Positions 19,737 to 29,771 of a stretch of DNA of 64,000 nt are shown piece by piece. The position numbers and the translations under genes are program-made. The notes under the pieces were generated by a model. The model saw only the letters and a list, made by a program, of their open reading frames with translations, was not told the DNA's origin and did no database searches. Source of the DNA: an uncultured Christensenella sp. (GTDB lineage: Bacteria > Bacillota > Clostridia > Christensenellales > UBA1242); contig CASFFG010000001.1 in the NCBI GenBank assembly GCA_949293905.1, positions 131,240-195,239 of the forward strand, written 5' to 3'. Numbering within the stretch: position 1 is the stretch's first letter; each line of letters opens with the position of its first letter.

Positions 19737-19815
19737 GAGTATATTATAACATAAAAATAAAAAAAACGCAAAAATTAGTTAGTGTTTTGCATTTTTAATA
19801 TAAAATTCGATTTCC

Positions 19816-20484
19816 TTATTTTTTATCTAGTAAATCTGGGCGGTTTCTTTTTGTAATTTCAAGCGATTGGGTTCTACGGAATTCTGCGATTTTTGCATGA
19901 TTACCATTGAGCAGGACTTCTGGAACGCTCATATCTCGATATACCGCCGGGCGCGTGTATTGGTTATATTCAAGGAGATTATCTGAAAAACTTTCGTCCT
20001 CAATACTCTCGCGCTTTATTACATTTGGAATAAGGCGAACGACTGTGTCCGTAACTACCATGGCAGGCAACTCTCCGCCTGTAAGAACATAGTCTCCTAT
20101 AGAAAGTTCTTCAATATTAAAATAGTCAATCACGCGTTGGTCAATGCCTTCATAATGCCCACAAAGAAGAATGATATGTTCTAATTTTGACATCTCTTGC
20201 GCAATAGTTTGATTAAAGGCTTTCCCGCGAGGTGACATGTAGAAAATTTTACTATTTTCGTCCTTTACCGACTCAATCCCTTTAAAAATCGGTTCACACA
20301 TCATAACCATACCTGCGCCACCGCCAAATGGTTCGTCGTCGCATTTATAATGTGGCGGGTTTGCAAAATCGCGTATATTAATCACATTAACTTCAACTAG
20401 GTTATTATCAACTGCTCGCTTAATAATACTCTCTTTAATTGGAGCAAACATTTCTGGGAACAGAGTTAAAATATCTATTCTCAT
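19816..20484 (-). CDS. trmD: tRNA (guanine-N1)-methyltransferase
   Basis: LTLFPEMF, GGGAGMVM, CGHYEGID, IGDYVLTGGE. Confidence 0.97.
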   Translation of the reverse strand: MRIDILTLFPEMFAPIKESIIKRAVDNNLVEVNVINIRDFANPPHYKCDDEPFGGGAGMVMMCEPIFKGIESVKDENSKIFYMSPRGKAFNQTIAQEMSKLEHIILLCGHYEGIDQRVIDYFNIEELSIGDYVLTGGELPAMVVTDTVVRLIPNVIKRESIEDESFSDNLLEYNQYTRPAVYRDMSVPEVLLNGNHAKIAEFRRTQSLEITKRNRPDLLDKK

Positions 20485-20981
20485 ACGCGCAAATCCTTAA
20501 ATTTTTGCTCTTCTATTATAAAGCAATTTTTTCCTTCATCATATATAATTATATCGTCAACATATGGTATAGAATAACTAGTAACACCACATTTTATAGT
20601 CAAAATAACGCTTGCTCCATAATCGTCAAAATCGACCATCTCGCCTAGTTTTGTTCCGTTTTCGCTCAAAACAGGTGCTCCTATCAAGTCACCTAAATAC
20701 ACCTTATCCTTAAACTCTTCGTACTCGGTTCTATCTATATAGACAGATTGATTTTTTAATTTTTCCGCCTTCTCTACACTATCAATAATATCAATAGCCA
20801 GCGAAAAAGCATCATTATTTAGTGGAAGAGCCTTAACTATATTTGCGCTTAACTTGTTTGCCCCAATATAAATGTGCTTAAATATAGAAAAATTCACGCC
20901 ATCTAGGTAACTTATAACTTTTACAGCCCCTTTTATGCCGTGAGTACGCACAATTTTCCCTATTTCTAGTAAATTTTGCAT
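20481..20981 (-). CDS. rimM: Ribosome maturation factor RimM
   Basis: IGKIVRTHGIKG; position between khpA and trmD. Confidence 0.93.
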   Translation of the reverse strand: MQNLLEIGKIVRTHGIKGAVKVISYLDGVNFSIFKHIYIGANKLSANIVKALPLNNDAFSLAIDIIDSVEKAEKLKNQSVYIDRTEYEEFKDKVYLGDLIGAPVLSENGTKLGEMVDFDDYGASVILTIKCGVTSYSIPYVDDIIIYDEGKNCFIIEEQKFKDLRV

Positions 20982-20990
20982 ATTTTCCTT

Positions 20991-21221
20991 TTACTTTGAG
21001 TCGAACTTTATTACGATGCGCTCTTTTTTCTCGCTCGCAGATTTTACAACTGTACGAATAGCATTTGCTATTACGCCACCACGACCGATTACGCTTCCTA
21101 AATCTTTTTCATCGACTTTTACTTTAAAGACCTTAGTTTTCCCTTGAGTTTCAAGAGTAATCTCAACTGCATCAGGATTAGACACTAAGTTCTTTACAAT
21201 GTACGACAACATCTCTTGCAT
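20991..21221 (-). CDS. khpA: KH-domain RNA-binding protein KhpA/YlqC
   Basis: DLGSVIGRGG..ANAIRT; follows rpsP. Confidence 0.9.
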   Translation of the reverse strand: MQEMLSYIVKNLVSNPDAVEITLETQGKTKVFKVKVDEKDLGSVIGRGGVIANAIRTVVKSASEKKERIVIKFDSK

Positions 21222-21231
21222 AGCCTACTCC

Positions 21232-21525
21232 TTATGCTTTCTTTTTCTTATTATTAGTCTTTGGAACACTATTTCCCTTAACTTCTAAAACGCCTACTTT
21301 TTGAAGTAATGTTTTAGCAGTTTCAGTAGGAACAGCACCATTCTTTAACCATTTAGTAGCGAGTTCGTTATCAATCTTAATCTCAGCAGGGTTTTTAAGC
21401 GGATTATAAGTACCGATTTGCTCAATGTACTTACCATCACGAGCCACGCGAGAATCAGCAACGACTACACGATAGAAAGGTGACTTCTTATCGCCTAAAC
21501 GAGTCAATCTAATTTTTACTGCCAT
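21232..21525 (-). CDS. rpsP: 30S ribosomal protein S16
   Basis: [26 protein letters not shown]; start after AAGGAG. Confidence 0.98.
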   Translation of the reverse strand: MAVKIRLTRLGDKKSPFYRVVVADSRVARDGKYIEQIGTYNPLKNPAEIKIDNELATKWLKNGAVPTETAKTLLQKVGVLEVKGNSVPKTNNKKKKA

Positions 21526-21572
21526 AATCTCTCCTTTTAAATTTAGCACAATTTCATTAATTAAAATCGCAC

Positions 21573-21594
21573 TGTAAAGTAATTTACCTTTACA
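21573..21594. promoter_or_regulatory. Palindromic candidate operator at the rpsP transcription start
   Basis: TGTAAAG-N8-CTTTACA immediately downstream of a TGnTATAAT -10; a second CTTTACA half-site overlaps the -35. Confidence 0.55.
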
Positions 21595-21830
21595 TTATAG
21601 CATAAGAAATCTAGTTTGTAAAGGGTTTTTTATTAAAAACTTTAATATTTTTTAAATTACATTAAAAAATATATTTAGAATAGTTCAAAGACTTAAATTT
21701 CATAAAATATTTTTATTTTACATATTGACAAATACAAATTATATGATAAAATAACATCGCTTGATTGATGTTTACTATTAAGTAAACTAAAATAAATTTA
21801 ATTTAAAATAAATAATTATGGGGAGTTTGT

Positions 21831-22217
21831 ATGGGATTAATTAAATATCTATATTGGAAAAAAGAGTTAAAAGAAGTTGAAAGTAAAGAGGATTATCTTG
21901 AATATGCTTTTAGAGAAATGCGTTATAATTCTAGCATCAATTATGCTTCGAGAATGTCGACTCTATATAACTTAATTTTAGGTTATAAAATTCTAGCACA
22001 AACATTTATTAATTCTAGTTATGAAGTGCTAAAAAAAGTAAATAGCGAAAAAAAGAGACAAACTATTGAATCCGCTATCTCACACACCAAAAAAGTTATT
22101 GAATCATGTGATGCAAAATACCAAGAGACAAAGGAATTTTGTGCTAATCATGAGCCTAGCCGTTTGGAAAGGTATCTGGCTGAAAATGTTGATATTATTA
22201 AGCATAACAAAAAATAA
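21831..22217 (+). CDS. Orphan helical protein inserted antisense between ffh and rpsP
   Basis: 128-aa ORF with GGGGAG RBS and promoter TTGACA-N16-TAAAAT at 21725-21752. Confidence 0.7.
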   Translation: MGLIKYLYWKKELKEVESKEDYLEYAFREMRYNSSINYASRMSTLYNLILGYKILAQTFINSSYEVLKKVNSEKKRQTIESAISHTKKVIESCDAKYQETKEFCANHEPSRLERYLAENVDIIKHNKK

Positions 22218-22357
22218 AAATTGTTAGTGATAAAGGGTATATTTATCAAATTGGTTAAATATTTAAAGTTAAAATAAAATAAGAAAACAAATCGAATATA
22301 GATGAATTCTAACGTTATAAAAAAAGACTATCAAAATATATATAGTCTTTTTTATTT

Positions 22358-23710
22358 TTAAAAATTACCACCCATTAGGTTTTTCATCATTTTTAATTTA
22401 CCGCCATATGCTTTTGGATTCTTCATCATTTTCATTAATTCTTTGGACTGATTGAATTGCTTGATGAGTTGGTTTACATCGCTAACTTGTACGCCTGCGC
22501 CTTTTGCAATTCGCTGTCTACGCGAACCATTTATAATTCCTGGGTCTTTCCTTTCTTTAGCGGTCATAGATTGAATTATCGCTTTATTTCTATCTAGTGA
22601 CTTTTCGTCAATCATATCTTCAATTTGTTTCAACTTCCCACTGACACCCGGCATCATGGATAGAACTGATTTTAATCCACCCATTTTTTTGAGTGAATTT
22701 ACCTGTTCAATATAGTCGTTAAGGTCGAAACTATTTTCGCGGAACTTTCGCTCCATCTCTTGCGCGGTTTTTTCATCAACTGCCTGTTGTGCCTTATCAA
22801 TTAGAGTTAAAACATCGCCCATACCAAGAATTCTTGACGCCATTCTATCTGGGTAAAACGGTTCTAAGTCGGTCAATTTCTCGCCCACGCCAACGAATTT
22901 AATAGGTTTACCTATTACTGAACGAATGGAAAGCGCTGCACCACCACGAGTATCTCCGTCGATTTTAGTGAGTACTACGCCCGTGACATCAAGTGCATCA
23001 TTAAATGCCTTTGATACAGAAACTGCTTCCTGCCCAATCATTGAGTCGATTACGAGCAGAATTTCGGTAGGATTGATTTCTTTTTTAATGCGCTTTAACT
23101 CTTCCATTAGTTTTTCATCAATTTGAAGGCGACCCGCAGTATCTATGATAACAGTATCGAGAGCGAATTTTTCCGCATATTTTATTGCTTCTTTACATGT
23201 CTTTACAGGGTCTTGTGTTCCGCGCTCAAAAACATCAATTTGGATAGACTTGCCTAGCACTTTTAATTGGTCAATAGCGGCTGGTCGATATATATCGCAT
23301 GCAACAAGGATAGGTTTTTTACCTTCCTTTTTCAATTTCAGCGCGAGTTTTCCAGACAAGGTCGTTTTACCACTACCCTGTAATCCGCACATCATTATTA
23401 TAGTAGGCGGTTTTGGAGACACAAGCAATTTTTGGTTCTCTCCGCCCATGAGTGCGGTCAACTCGTCGCGCACGATTTTAATTACTTGCTGAGTTGGAGT
23501 TAAACTCTTTAAAATCTCTTCACCAACTGCTTTTTCACTGACTTTATTGATAAAATCTTTTGCTACAGTAAAATTGACATCTGCTTCAAGTAGAGCTACG
23601 CGAATTTCACGCATTGCTTCCTTAATCTCGAGAGCCGTAAGTTTTCCGCGTTTCGTCATCTTACTAAATATATGATTTAATCGCTCGCTTAAATTTGAAA
23701 ATACTGCCAT
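22358..23710 (-). CDS. ffh: Signal recognition particle protein Ffh
   Basis: GLQGSGKTT, DTAGR, DGDTRGG, Met-rich M domain. Confidence 0.98.
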   Translation of the reverse strand: MAVFSNLSERLNHIFSKMTKRGKLTALEIKEAMREIRVALLEADVNFTVAKDFINKVSEKAVGEEILKSLTPTQQVIKIVRDELTALMGGENQKLLVSPKPPTIIMMCGLQGSGKTTLSGKLALKLKKEGKKPILVACDIYRPAAIDQLKVLGKSIQIDVFERGTQDPVKTCKEAIKYAEKFALDTVIIDTAGRLQIDEKLMEELKRIKKEINPTEILLVIDSMIGQEAVSVSKAFNDALDVTGVVLTKIDGDTRGGAALSIRSVIGKPIKFVGVGEKLTDLEPFYPDRMASRILGMGDVLTLIDKAQQAVDEKTAQEMERKFRENSFDLNDYIEQVNSLKKMGGLKSVLSMMPGVSGKLKQIEDMIDEKSLDRNKAIIQSMTAKERKDPGIINGSRRQRIAKGAGVQVSDVNQLIKQFNQSKELMKMMKNPKAYGGKLKMMKNLMGGNF

Positions 23711-24027
23711 TAGTTGTCCTCCAAAATTGAGATAATCTTATTTTTTAAACTTTCATCTATCTTATCTAAATTAGTTTCAAGTAAAGAGAGAATTTTTCTA
23801 TCGCGAGAAAGAAATTTGAGCATTTCTTCCGTGCGTTTTAGGGTCAAAACCGCTTTATCTAGGGTATCTTTAACCGCCTGTCGCGAGATATTTAACTCAT
23901 CACTCACTTCTTGCAATGAAAGATTATTATCGACATACATAGATAAAATTTCGCGCTGTTTTTCTGTCAATAATTTTCCATAATATTTATTTAATATAGC
24001 AATTTCTACTCGCTCTTGAATATCCAT
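23710..24027 (-). CDS. ylxM: YlxM/p13 family HTH protein
   Basis: YGKLLTEKQ, LSLQEVS..ISRQAV; between ftsY and ffh. Confidence 0.92.
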   Translation of the reverse strand: MDIQERVEIAILNKYYGKLLTEKQREILSMYVDNNLSLQEVSDELNISRQAVKDTLDKAVLTLKRTEEMLKFLSRDRKILSLLETNLDKIDESLKNKIISILEDN

Positions 24028-24032
24028 ATCGC

Positions 24033-24896
24033 CTACATTAAAATCTTATTGACAAAACTTTCTGGGTCGAATACTGCTAAGTCGTCCACGCTTTCACCAT
24101 AGCCTGTAAACACGATTGGAACTTTAAGTTCATTGATTATAGGATAAACTACCCCGCCTTTTGCCGTCCCGTCAAGTTTTGTTAGAACAATTCCGTCAAT
24201 ATTCACGCTATCTTTAAATGCCTTTACTTGTGCTATCGAATTTTGACCGATTGATGCGTCTAGTACAATTAGGTTCAATTTTTTTGCCTCTGGGTACTCA
24301 CGATTAACTATATTATTAATCTTCTCTAACTCTTTCATTAAGTTAGTCTTTGTTTGCAATCTTCCAGCAGTATCTACAATTAGGACATCGTTTTTCTTCG
24401 CTTTCATGCTGGTTATCGCGTCAAAGACTACGGACGCAGAATCCGCGCCTTCCCCTTGCTTTACTATCTTGGTCTTCAATTTTTCCGCCCAAATGCTAAG
24501 TTGCTCGGTTGCTCCTGCGCGGAAAGTATCACCTGCTGCAAGTAAAACAGACTTCTTCTTACTGGTAAAGAATTTGGTCATTTTAGCAATAGAGGTTGTC
24601 TTACCAACACCGTTCACTCCCACAACTGTAATTATAAGCGGATAACTAAATTCTATAGGTTCAGCGTCAAGTTTTTCAATTAGTAAATTTTTTAGTTCGA
24701 TTTGTGCATGCTCAATATCTTTAATCAATTTCTTTTTACAAACATCTCGCAATTCGTCCATAATGTCTAGTGCGGTTTCTACTCCCATATCGCTAGAAAT
24801 AAGAACGGATTCAAGTTCGTCATAAAAATCGTCATTAAGTTCTGTACGCTTAAAAGTATATTTTAGTTTTTCGAAAAACTTTTTAAAAATACCCAT
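24033..24896 (-). CDS. ftsY: SRP receptor FtsY
   Basis: GVNGVGKTT, DTFRAGA, DTAGR, TKLDGTAKGG. Confidence 0.97.
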   Translation of the reverse strand: MGIFKKFFEKLKYTFKRTELNDDFYDELESVLISSDMGVETALDIMDELRDVCKKKLIKDIEHAQIELKNLLIEKLDAEPIEFSYPLIITVVGVNGVGKTTSIAKMTKFFTSKKKSVLLAAGDTFRAGATEQLSIWAEKLKTKIVKQGEGADSASVVFDAITSMKAKKNDVLIVDTAGRLQTKTNLMKELEKINNIVNREYPEAKKLNLIVLDASIGQNSIAQVKAFKDSVNIDGIVLTKLDGTAKGGVVYPIINELKVPIVFTGYGESVDDLAVFDPESFVNKILM

Positions 24897-24917
24897 TTAC
24901 TCTCCTATTTTGCATTA

Positions 24918-27900
24918 CTAACTGGCTTGCTGGTCTACCACTTTAACCGCGTCCGCAAGTTTTACAGATACAGTCTTTGAAACTCCCTTCTCTTCCATGG
25001 TCACACCATATAATGAATCGGCGAGTTCCATAGTAGGTTTTCTATGCGTGATGACGATAAATTGTGTTTCGTCACTGAATCGTTTTAAGTATCTTGCGTA
25101 TCGCTCAATATTCGCGTCATCTAGCGCTGCTTCTATCTCGTCTAGGAAACAGAATGGCATAGGTTTTAGTTTTAATATAGCGAACAATATTGCTATTGCA
25201 GTCATTGTCTTCTCTCCACCCGACAATAACGAGATTTGCTGTAACACCTTACCCGGTGGTTGCGCGATTATTTCAACGCCCGCAGTGAGAGGGTCTTCAC
25301 TAGGGAGAAGTTCGAGTCGAGCATTACCGCCACCAAACAACTCTTTAAATACCTTAGTGAAATTCTCCTGAATTTTTACAAACTCGGTGTTAAATTTCTC
25401 TAACATTTCGTTTGATAAATCTTTAATAATCGTGACTGCGTCTTCTTCAGCCTTCCTTAAATCTTCAATTTGGGCGTTCATTTCTTCATATCTAGCACCT
25501 TCTGTCTTATACTCTTCAATCGCATTTATGTTGATGTATCCTAACGCGGTGATTTGAGTCTTAGTTCTACTAATTTGAATCATGGTTTCTTTAATATCGA
25601 AATCTTCGCCTTGGTCTTTGAAAGGTAGACAATCGTTATATGTCATCTCGTACTCTTCATAGATACGCTCTTGCATATTCTCGATGTCGGTATCTACTTT
25701 CTGCAATTTATTATTTTCTTGATAGATTTTGTTATTAATATTAGAAATATCCGCAGTAAGTTGTGCCTTTTTATCGTCTAGCGACTTTAATTCCTGCATG
25801 AGTGATTGTTTAAATTCATCAAACTGACTAAGGGTGTTGTTTAATTTATCCAACTCTTCCTTAATTCTTATAGTCTCACTATCTTCGCTCTTTAAATTGT
25901 TCATACGAACTGCTTCGTCATATACGCGACTTTGACTATCTAATTCGGCTTGGATTTGCTCGATAGATTTTTTTAGAGTCGCGATTTCTTGGTTTTGAGT
26001 TTCAATATCCTTATTTAGTGCGCGTATCTTCTCTTCGGTAGACGCGATTTGAACCTTTGATGCAGTAATATCTTCCTGATACTCTTCGCGCTTTTTCTTT
26101 AACTCTTCGTACGCTGTTTTATCCGTATTCTCAGTTAAGTTTGCTTTTGTTGTGTCATAGTCAAGTTCGGCTTGGTCAATTGAGTTGATTTTGGAATTTA
26201 AGTCATTTACTATGTTTTCCGCCACCTTAACTTGACTACTAATTGAGAATATTTCTTCTTCTAGATTAGATAGAGTCGCACGTGTATTCTCAAGTCTAGT
26301 GTTATTTGTATAATATTCTGTATTTATTGACTGCTGGTTAGTGGTTTCTTGAGTTTTATAATCGTTTAATTTGGTTTGTGCGCTTAGTAGTGAGTTGTAT
26401 CTATCTTCTGCGTCTTTTAATTCTTTTGTACGCTTTTCTATATTCTCGGTCAATGCTTTAATCTCATTTTCCTTAGATAAAAGCGAACTATCATTACTCT
26501 TCTTACTACCACCCGACATACTACCTTGCGGGGACAATACATCGCCCTCAAGTGTTACAATTCTAAACGAATAGCCCGTGCGTCTAGCAAGAGTTACCGC
26601 ATTATCAAGATTATCGCATACAACAGTTGAGCCTAGTAAACTTTCAATTACTGGTCTAAACTGTGCTTCCGTTTTAACTAACTCGCTAGCAATTCCTAAA
26701 CAGCCAGTGGACGACAAGAAAGACCTATCATGCGAACTTAAACTACGCGGTTTTACAGACGTTATAGGTAGGAAGGTTGCTCTCCCTAGTTTCATATCCT
26801 TTAAATAGTTGATTAAAGTCTTTGCATCGTCTTCATTTGCGGTAACGATATTTTGAATACTACCGCCGAGCGCAATCTCTATCGCGGTCTGGAACTTTTG
26901 CTCCACTGAGATGATATTACCAACCACACCCTTAATCGCACTATTAAGGCGCGGATTCTTCTTCCCTTCTTGGAGCAAGCGCTTTACTGCAAATTGATAA
27001 CCTTCAAAATCTGCCTGTAAATTAGATAAAATCGTCCTTCTATTTGTGTCGTTTGATATGGAAGTTTTAAGGGCATAGATAGATTCATTAAGTCGCTCTA
27101 TCTCAGCATTTACTTGGGCTAATTTATTCTCTATTTTTGATAGATTTGATAAGTTTTCACTTCTCTTTTTGGTGAGTTCGTCAACTTTATTTTCAAGTTC
27201 ATTACACTCTTTTTCAACATTTGATTTTTGTGAACTTAATTGGTCTAATTTTGCCTTATCTTCTTTAATATTTTCGCTTAATGTGTCGCGCTTTGCTAGA
27301 TACGCGGATAAATTTGCTTTAATATCTGTGATTTTAGATAGATTATCTATCATTGCGCGCTGGTTCTCTTCTTTCTCACCTTCGCTCTTAGTTAACTCAT
27401 CTATTAAAGACAAATATTTTTCGCTCATCTCTTGCGATTTCGTGTAAAGAGTGCGCAAGTTACTACTCTCTTCATCACGCATGCTGGTGGCGGAATTTAC
27501 AAGTGCCACGCGCTGATTTAGGTCGAGAGTATAACTATCAAGTTGTGCGTTAAGCCTATCGAGTTGCTCTTTTAAATACCTAGTCTGCTCGGTGAGTAGT
27601 CTATTATCGCTCTGTTTCTTCTCAAGCGCGACTGAATTTGATAGCACTTTTTCATGTAGTTCGCTCGCCTTTTTATCGAGTTGATTGATTTCATTTAGCG
27701 CCTTGTCGTACTTTGCTTGTTCAGTTTCCAAACTATTTGTTAGGACATTCAAGTTATCTTGATAGCCTTGTAGTTTAAGGTTTATATCTTCCTTTGTCTG
27801 TGCTGCGTGGTCGTACTGATAGATATATGCATTGATTTCAAGTTGCTTTAATTTATCCCTATATTCTAGATATTTTTTTGCATCTTCGCTCTGTCGCTTT

Positions 27901-28517
27901 AATGGCCCTAGTCTACGCTCTACTTCGCCAATAATGTCGCTCGCACGACTTAAATTATCACGCACACGAGCAAGTCTATTTTCAGTCTCAGTTTTACGCG
28001 CTTTGTACTTTGAAATACCTGCGGCTTCTTCAAATATTGCACGGCGGTCTTCTGGCTTAGATTGGATAATCTCTTCCACTCGTCCCTGCCCGATAATTGA
28101 ATAACCGTCCTTACCTATACCGCTATCGTATAATAGGTCGCGAATATCTTTAAGACGGCATGGTTTACGATTAATTAAATAGTCGCTCTCACCGTTGCGA
28201 TAGAGTTTACGCGTAATAACTACTTCGTCATATTCAATATTAAACCATTTATTCGTATTATCAAAAACTAGGGATACTTCACAATAACTTAACTTCTTTC
28301 TCTTCTCAGTGCCGGCAAAAATGACGTCTTGCATGCTCTTACCACGCAAAGCCTTACTCGACTGCTCACCGAGTACCCAACGAATAGCGTCGCTCACGTT
28401 CGATTTACCACAACCATTCGGCCCAACAATAGCGGTGATTCCGCCGTCAAAATATATGTGCGTTTCGTCCGCGAATGACTTAAAGCCTGTCATCTCTATT
28501 TCTTTAAAAGTTATCAT
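24918..28517 (-). CDS. smc: Chromosome segregation protein SMC
   Basis: GPNGCGKSN Walker A, coiled coils, hinge GRATFLP, LSGGE, LDEIEAALD. Confidence 0.98.
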   Translation of the reverse strand: MITFKEIEMTGFKSFADETHIYFDGGITAIVGPNGCGKSNVSDAIRWVLGEQSSKALRGKSMQDVIFAGTEKRKKLSYCEVSLVFDNTNKWFNIEYDEVVITRKLYRNGESDYLINRKPCRLKDIRDLLYDSGIGKDGYSIIGQGRVEEIIQSKPEDRRAIFEEAAGISKYKARKTETENRLARVRDNLSRASDIIGEVERRLGPLKRQSEDAKKYLEYRDKLKQLEINAYIYQYDHAAQTKEDINLKLQGYQDNLNVLTNSLETEQAKYDKALNEINQLDKKASELHEKVLSNSVALEKKQSDNRLLTEQTRYLKEQLDRLNAQLDSYTLDLNQRVALVNSATSMRDEESSNLRTLYTKSQEMSEKYLSLIDELTKSEGEKEENQRAMIDNLSKITDIKANLSAYLAKRDTLSENIKEDKAKLDQLSSQKSNVEKECNELENKVDELTKKRSENLSNLSKIENKLAQVNAEIERLNESIYALKTSISNDTNRRTILSNLQADFEGYQFAVKRLLQEGKKNPRLNSAIKGVVGNIISVEQKFQTAIEIALGGSIQNIVTANEDDAKTLINYLKDMKLGRATFLPITSVKPRSLSSHDRSFLSSTGCLGIASELVKTEAQFRPVIESLLGSTVVCDNLDNAVTLARRTGYSFRIVTLEGDVLSPQGSMSGGSKKSNDSSLLSKENEIKALTENIEKRTKELKDAEDRYNSLLSAQTKLNDYKTQETTNQQSINTEYYTNNTRLENTRATLSNLEEEIFSISSQVKVAENIVNDLNSKINSIDQAELDYDTTKANLTENTDKTAYEELKKKREEYQEDITASKVQIASTEEKIRALNKDIETQNQEIATLKKSIEQIQAELDSQSRVYDEAVRMNNLKSEDSETIRIKEELDKLNNTLSQFDEFKQSLMQELKSLDDKKAQLTADISNINNKIYQENNKLQKVDTDIENMQERIYEEYEMTYNDCLPFKDQGEDFDIKETMIQISRTKTQITALGYININAIEEYKTEGARYEEMNAQIEDLRKAEEDAVTIIKDLSNEMLEKFNTEFVKIQENFTKVFKELFGGGNARLELLPSEDPLTAGVEIIAQPPGKVLQQISLLSGGEKTMTAIAILFAILKLKPMPFCFLDEIEAALDDANIERYARYLKRFSDETQFIVITHRKPTMELADSLYGVTMEEKGVSKTVSVKLADAVKVVDQQAS

Positions 28518-28582
28518 CAGTCCCCTCGTCCTTTGATTAATCTAGTTGTTTAATCAAAATAACAATATACGCTTTATATACA

Positions 28583-28703
28583 TAGGTCTAAATATTAGAC
28601 TTATATATTATAGGTCTAATTGCCATTAGACTAATATATCAAATCCAATATATATTTAGACAATATATATTAAGTCCAATATATATTTAGACAATATATA
28701 TTA
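28583..28703. repeat. Four imperfect 28-31 bp palindromic tandem repeats in the smc leader
   Basis: TAGGTCTAAATATTAGACTTATATATTA / TAGGTCTAATTGCCATTAGACTAATATATCA / AATCCAATATATATTTAGACAATATATATTA / AGTCCAATATATATTTAGACAATATATATTA. Confidence 0.85.
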
Positions 28704-28937
28704 TAGCAAAAATTAAGATTAATCACAAACTATTTTGACCTTAAAGAAAAGAATTTTTTAAGGAAATATTTGCTAAATTAATGTATCTTCTTATAGATTT
28801 TGTTTAATTCTTTAAACTTTTTATCTATCTATTTATAAATTCTCGTCCTTCATTCTCTATAAAATATACAATTTACCTTGCCTAACTAAAAACATGAATT
28901 CCGCGAAAAAAGCCTACTTAATCAAGTAGGCTTTAAT

Positions 28938-29666
28938 TTACTCAGGTTTTGAACCTGTTTCTAGGGTTTTATATGTATCTAGACTTCTTAAAAATTCTAA
29001 CTTTGCTTCTTCCTTTTTCATATCATCACGAATCCTTAAACTTAATAATAAAACAGGAGTTGCTTCTGAATAGTTATATTCGCTTCGATATTTTCTATAT
29101 TTAGCGTCTGCATCGTCCATACGAGTCTTATCATAGTCAATATTTTCTACTCTGGTCTGTTCAGAATTCAATAACTCGTCGGTATGATCTTTGAAATAAT
29201 TATCTGTTGCTTGTTTAAATAGTTCGAGTTCACTACCGTAATATTTAATACGATCGTTATTCTTATAATATTTAATATAAGCGTCATCAAATGCAATATT
29301 TCCGTCCAACTCAATCGCTTTTAATACAAAATTTAAATCATCTTTTAAACTATCTGCTAAGTATGGGAATAAATCTGCTGGATAACTATATCGTATGCCT
29401 TCACTTTCCATCATATGTTTAAATACATCTAAAACAAAATCTTTTGAACGAGTATATTCGCCGTCCAAAATTTCTTTAAAGAAACGAGTGTCGGTGGCGG
29501 ATAAAACTACTAAATCGTCTCTTGAAAATTTCATATTAACTAGTAATGGTCTAAGTTCTTCAATGTAGTAATCTTCTAACAATAACTCTCTTGCAAGATC
29601 TACATCAGAATTAACATTTAAATGCTTTGCTAATGCTTTAATAACCAACTTATTAAAATTGCTCAT
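28938..29666 (-). CDS. Orphan paralog 1 of tandem triplet (DUF4116-like motif)
   Basis: Similar to its two neighbours; LKDDLNFVLKAIELDG; own promoter, RBS and terminator. Confidence 0.8.
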   Translation of the reverse strand: MSNFNKLVIKALAKHLNVNSDVDLARELLLEDYYIEELRPLLVNMKFSRDDLVVLSATDTRFFKEILDGEYTRSKDFVLDVFKHMMESEGIRYSYPADLFPYLADSLKDDLNFVLKAIELDGNIAFDDAYIKYYKNNDRIKYYGSELELFKQATDNYFKDHTDELLNSEQTRVENIDYDKTRMDDADAKYRKYRSEYNYSEATPVLLLSLRIRDDMKKEEAKLEFLRSLDTYKTLETGSKPE

Positions 29667-29771
29667 ATTTTTCTCCTTTTGTTGAGCGTATTATAACATA
29701 GAATTTCGATTTGTCAATACCTATATTTAAAATTAACTGAATTAAAAAAGCCCACGGGTGTGGACTTTAAT

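Noticed and set aside
18709-19749. 346-aa plus-strand ORF and the many other antisense ORFs in the track (e.g. 6738-7355, 34074-34691)
   Set aside because: They mirror well-supported minus-strand genes, lack RBSs and have the Ser/Ile/Phe-rich composition of antisense shadows
28583-28703. Possible mini-CRISPR array
   Set aside because: Units are directly adjacent with no unique spacers, repeats are degenerate, and no cas genes are in the window
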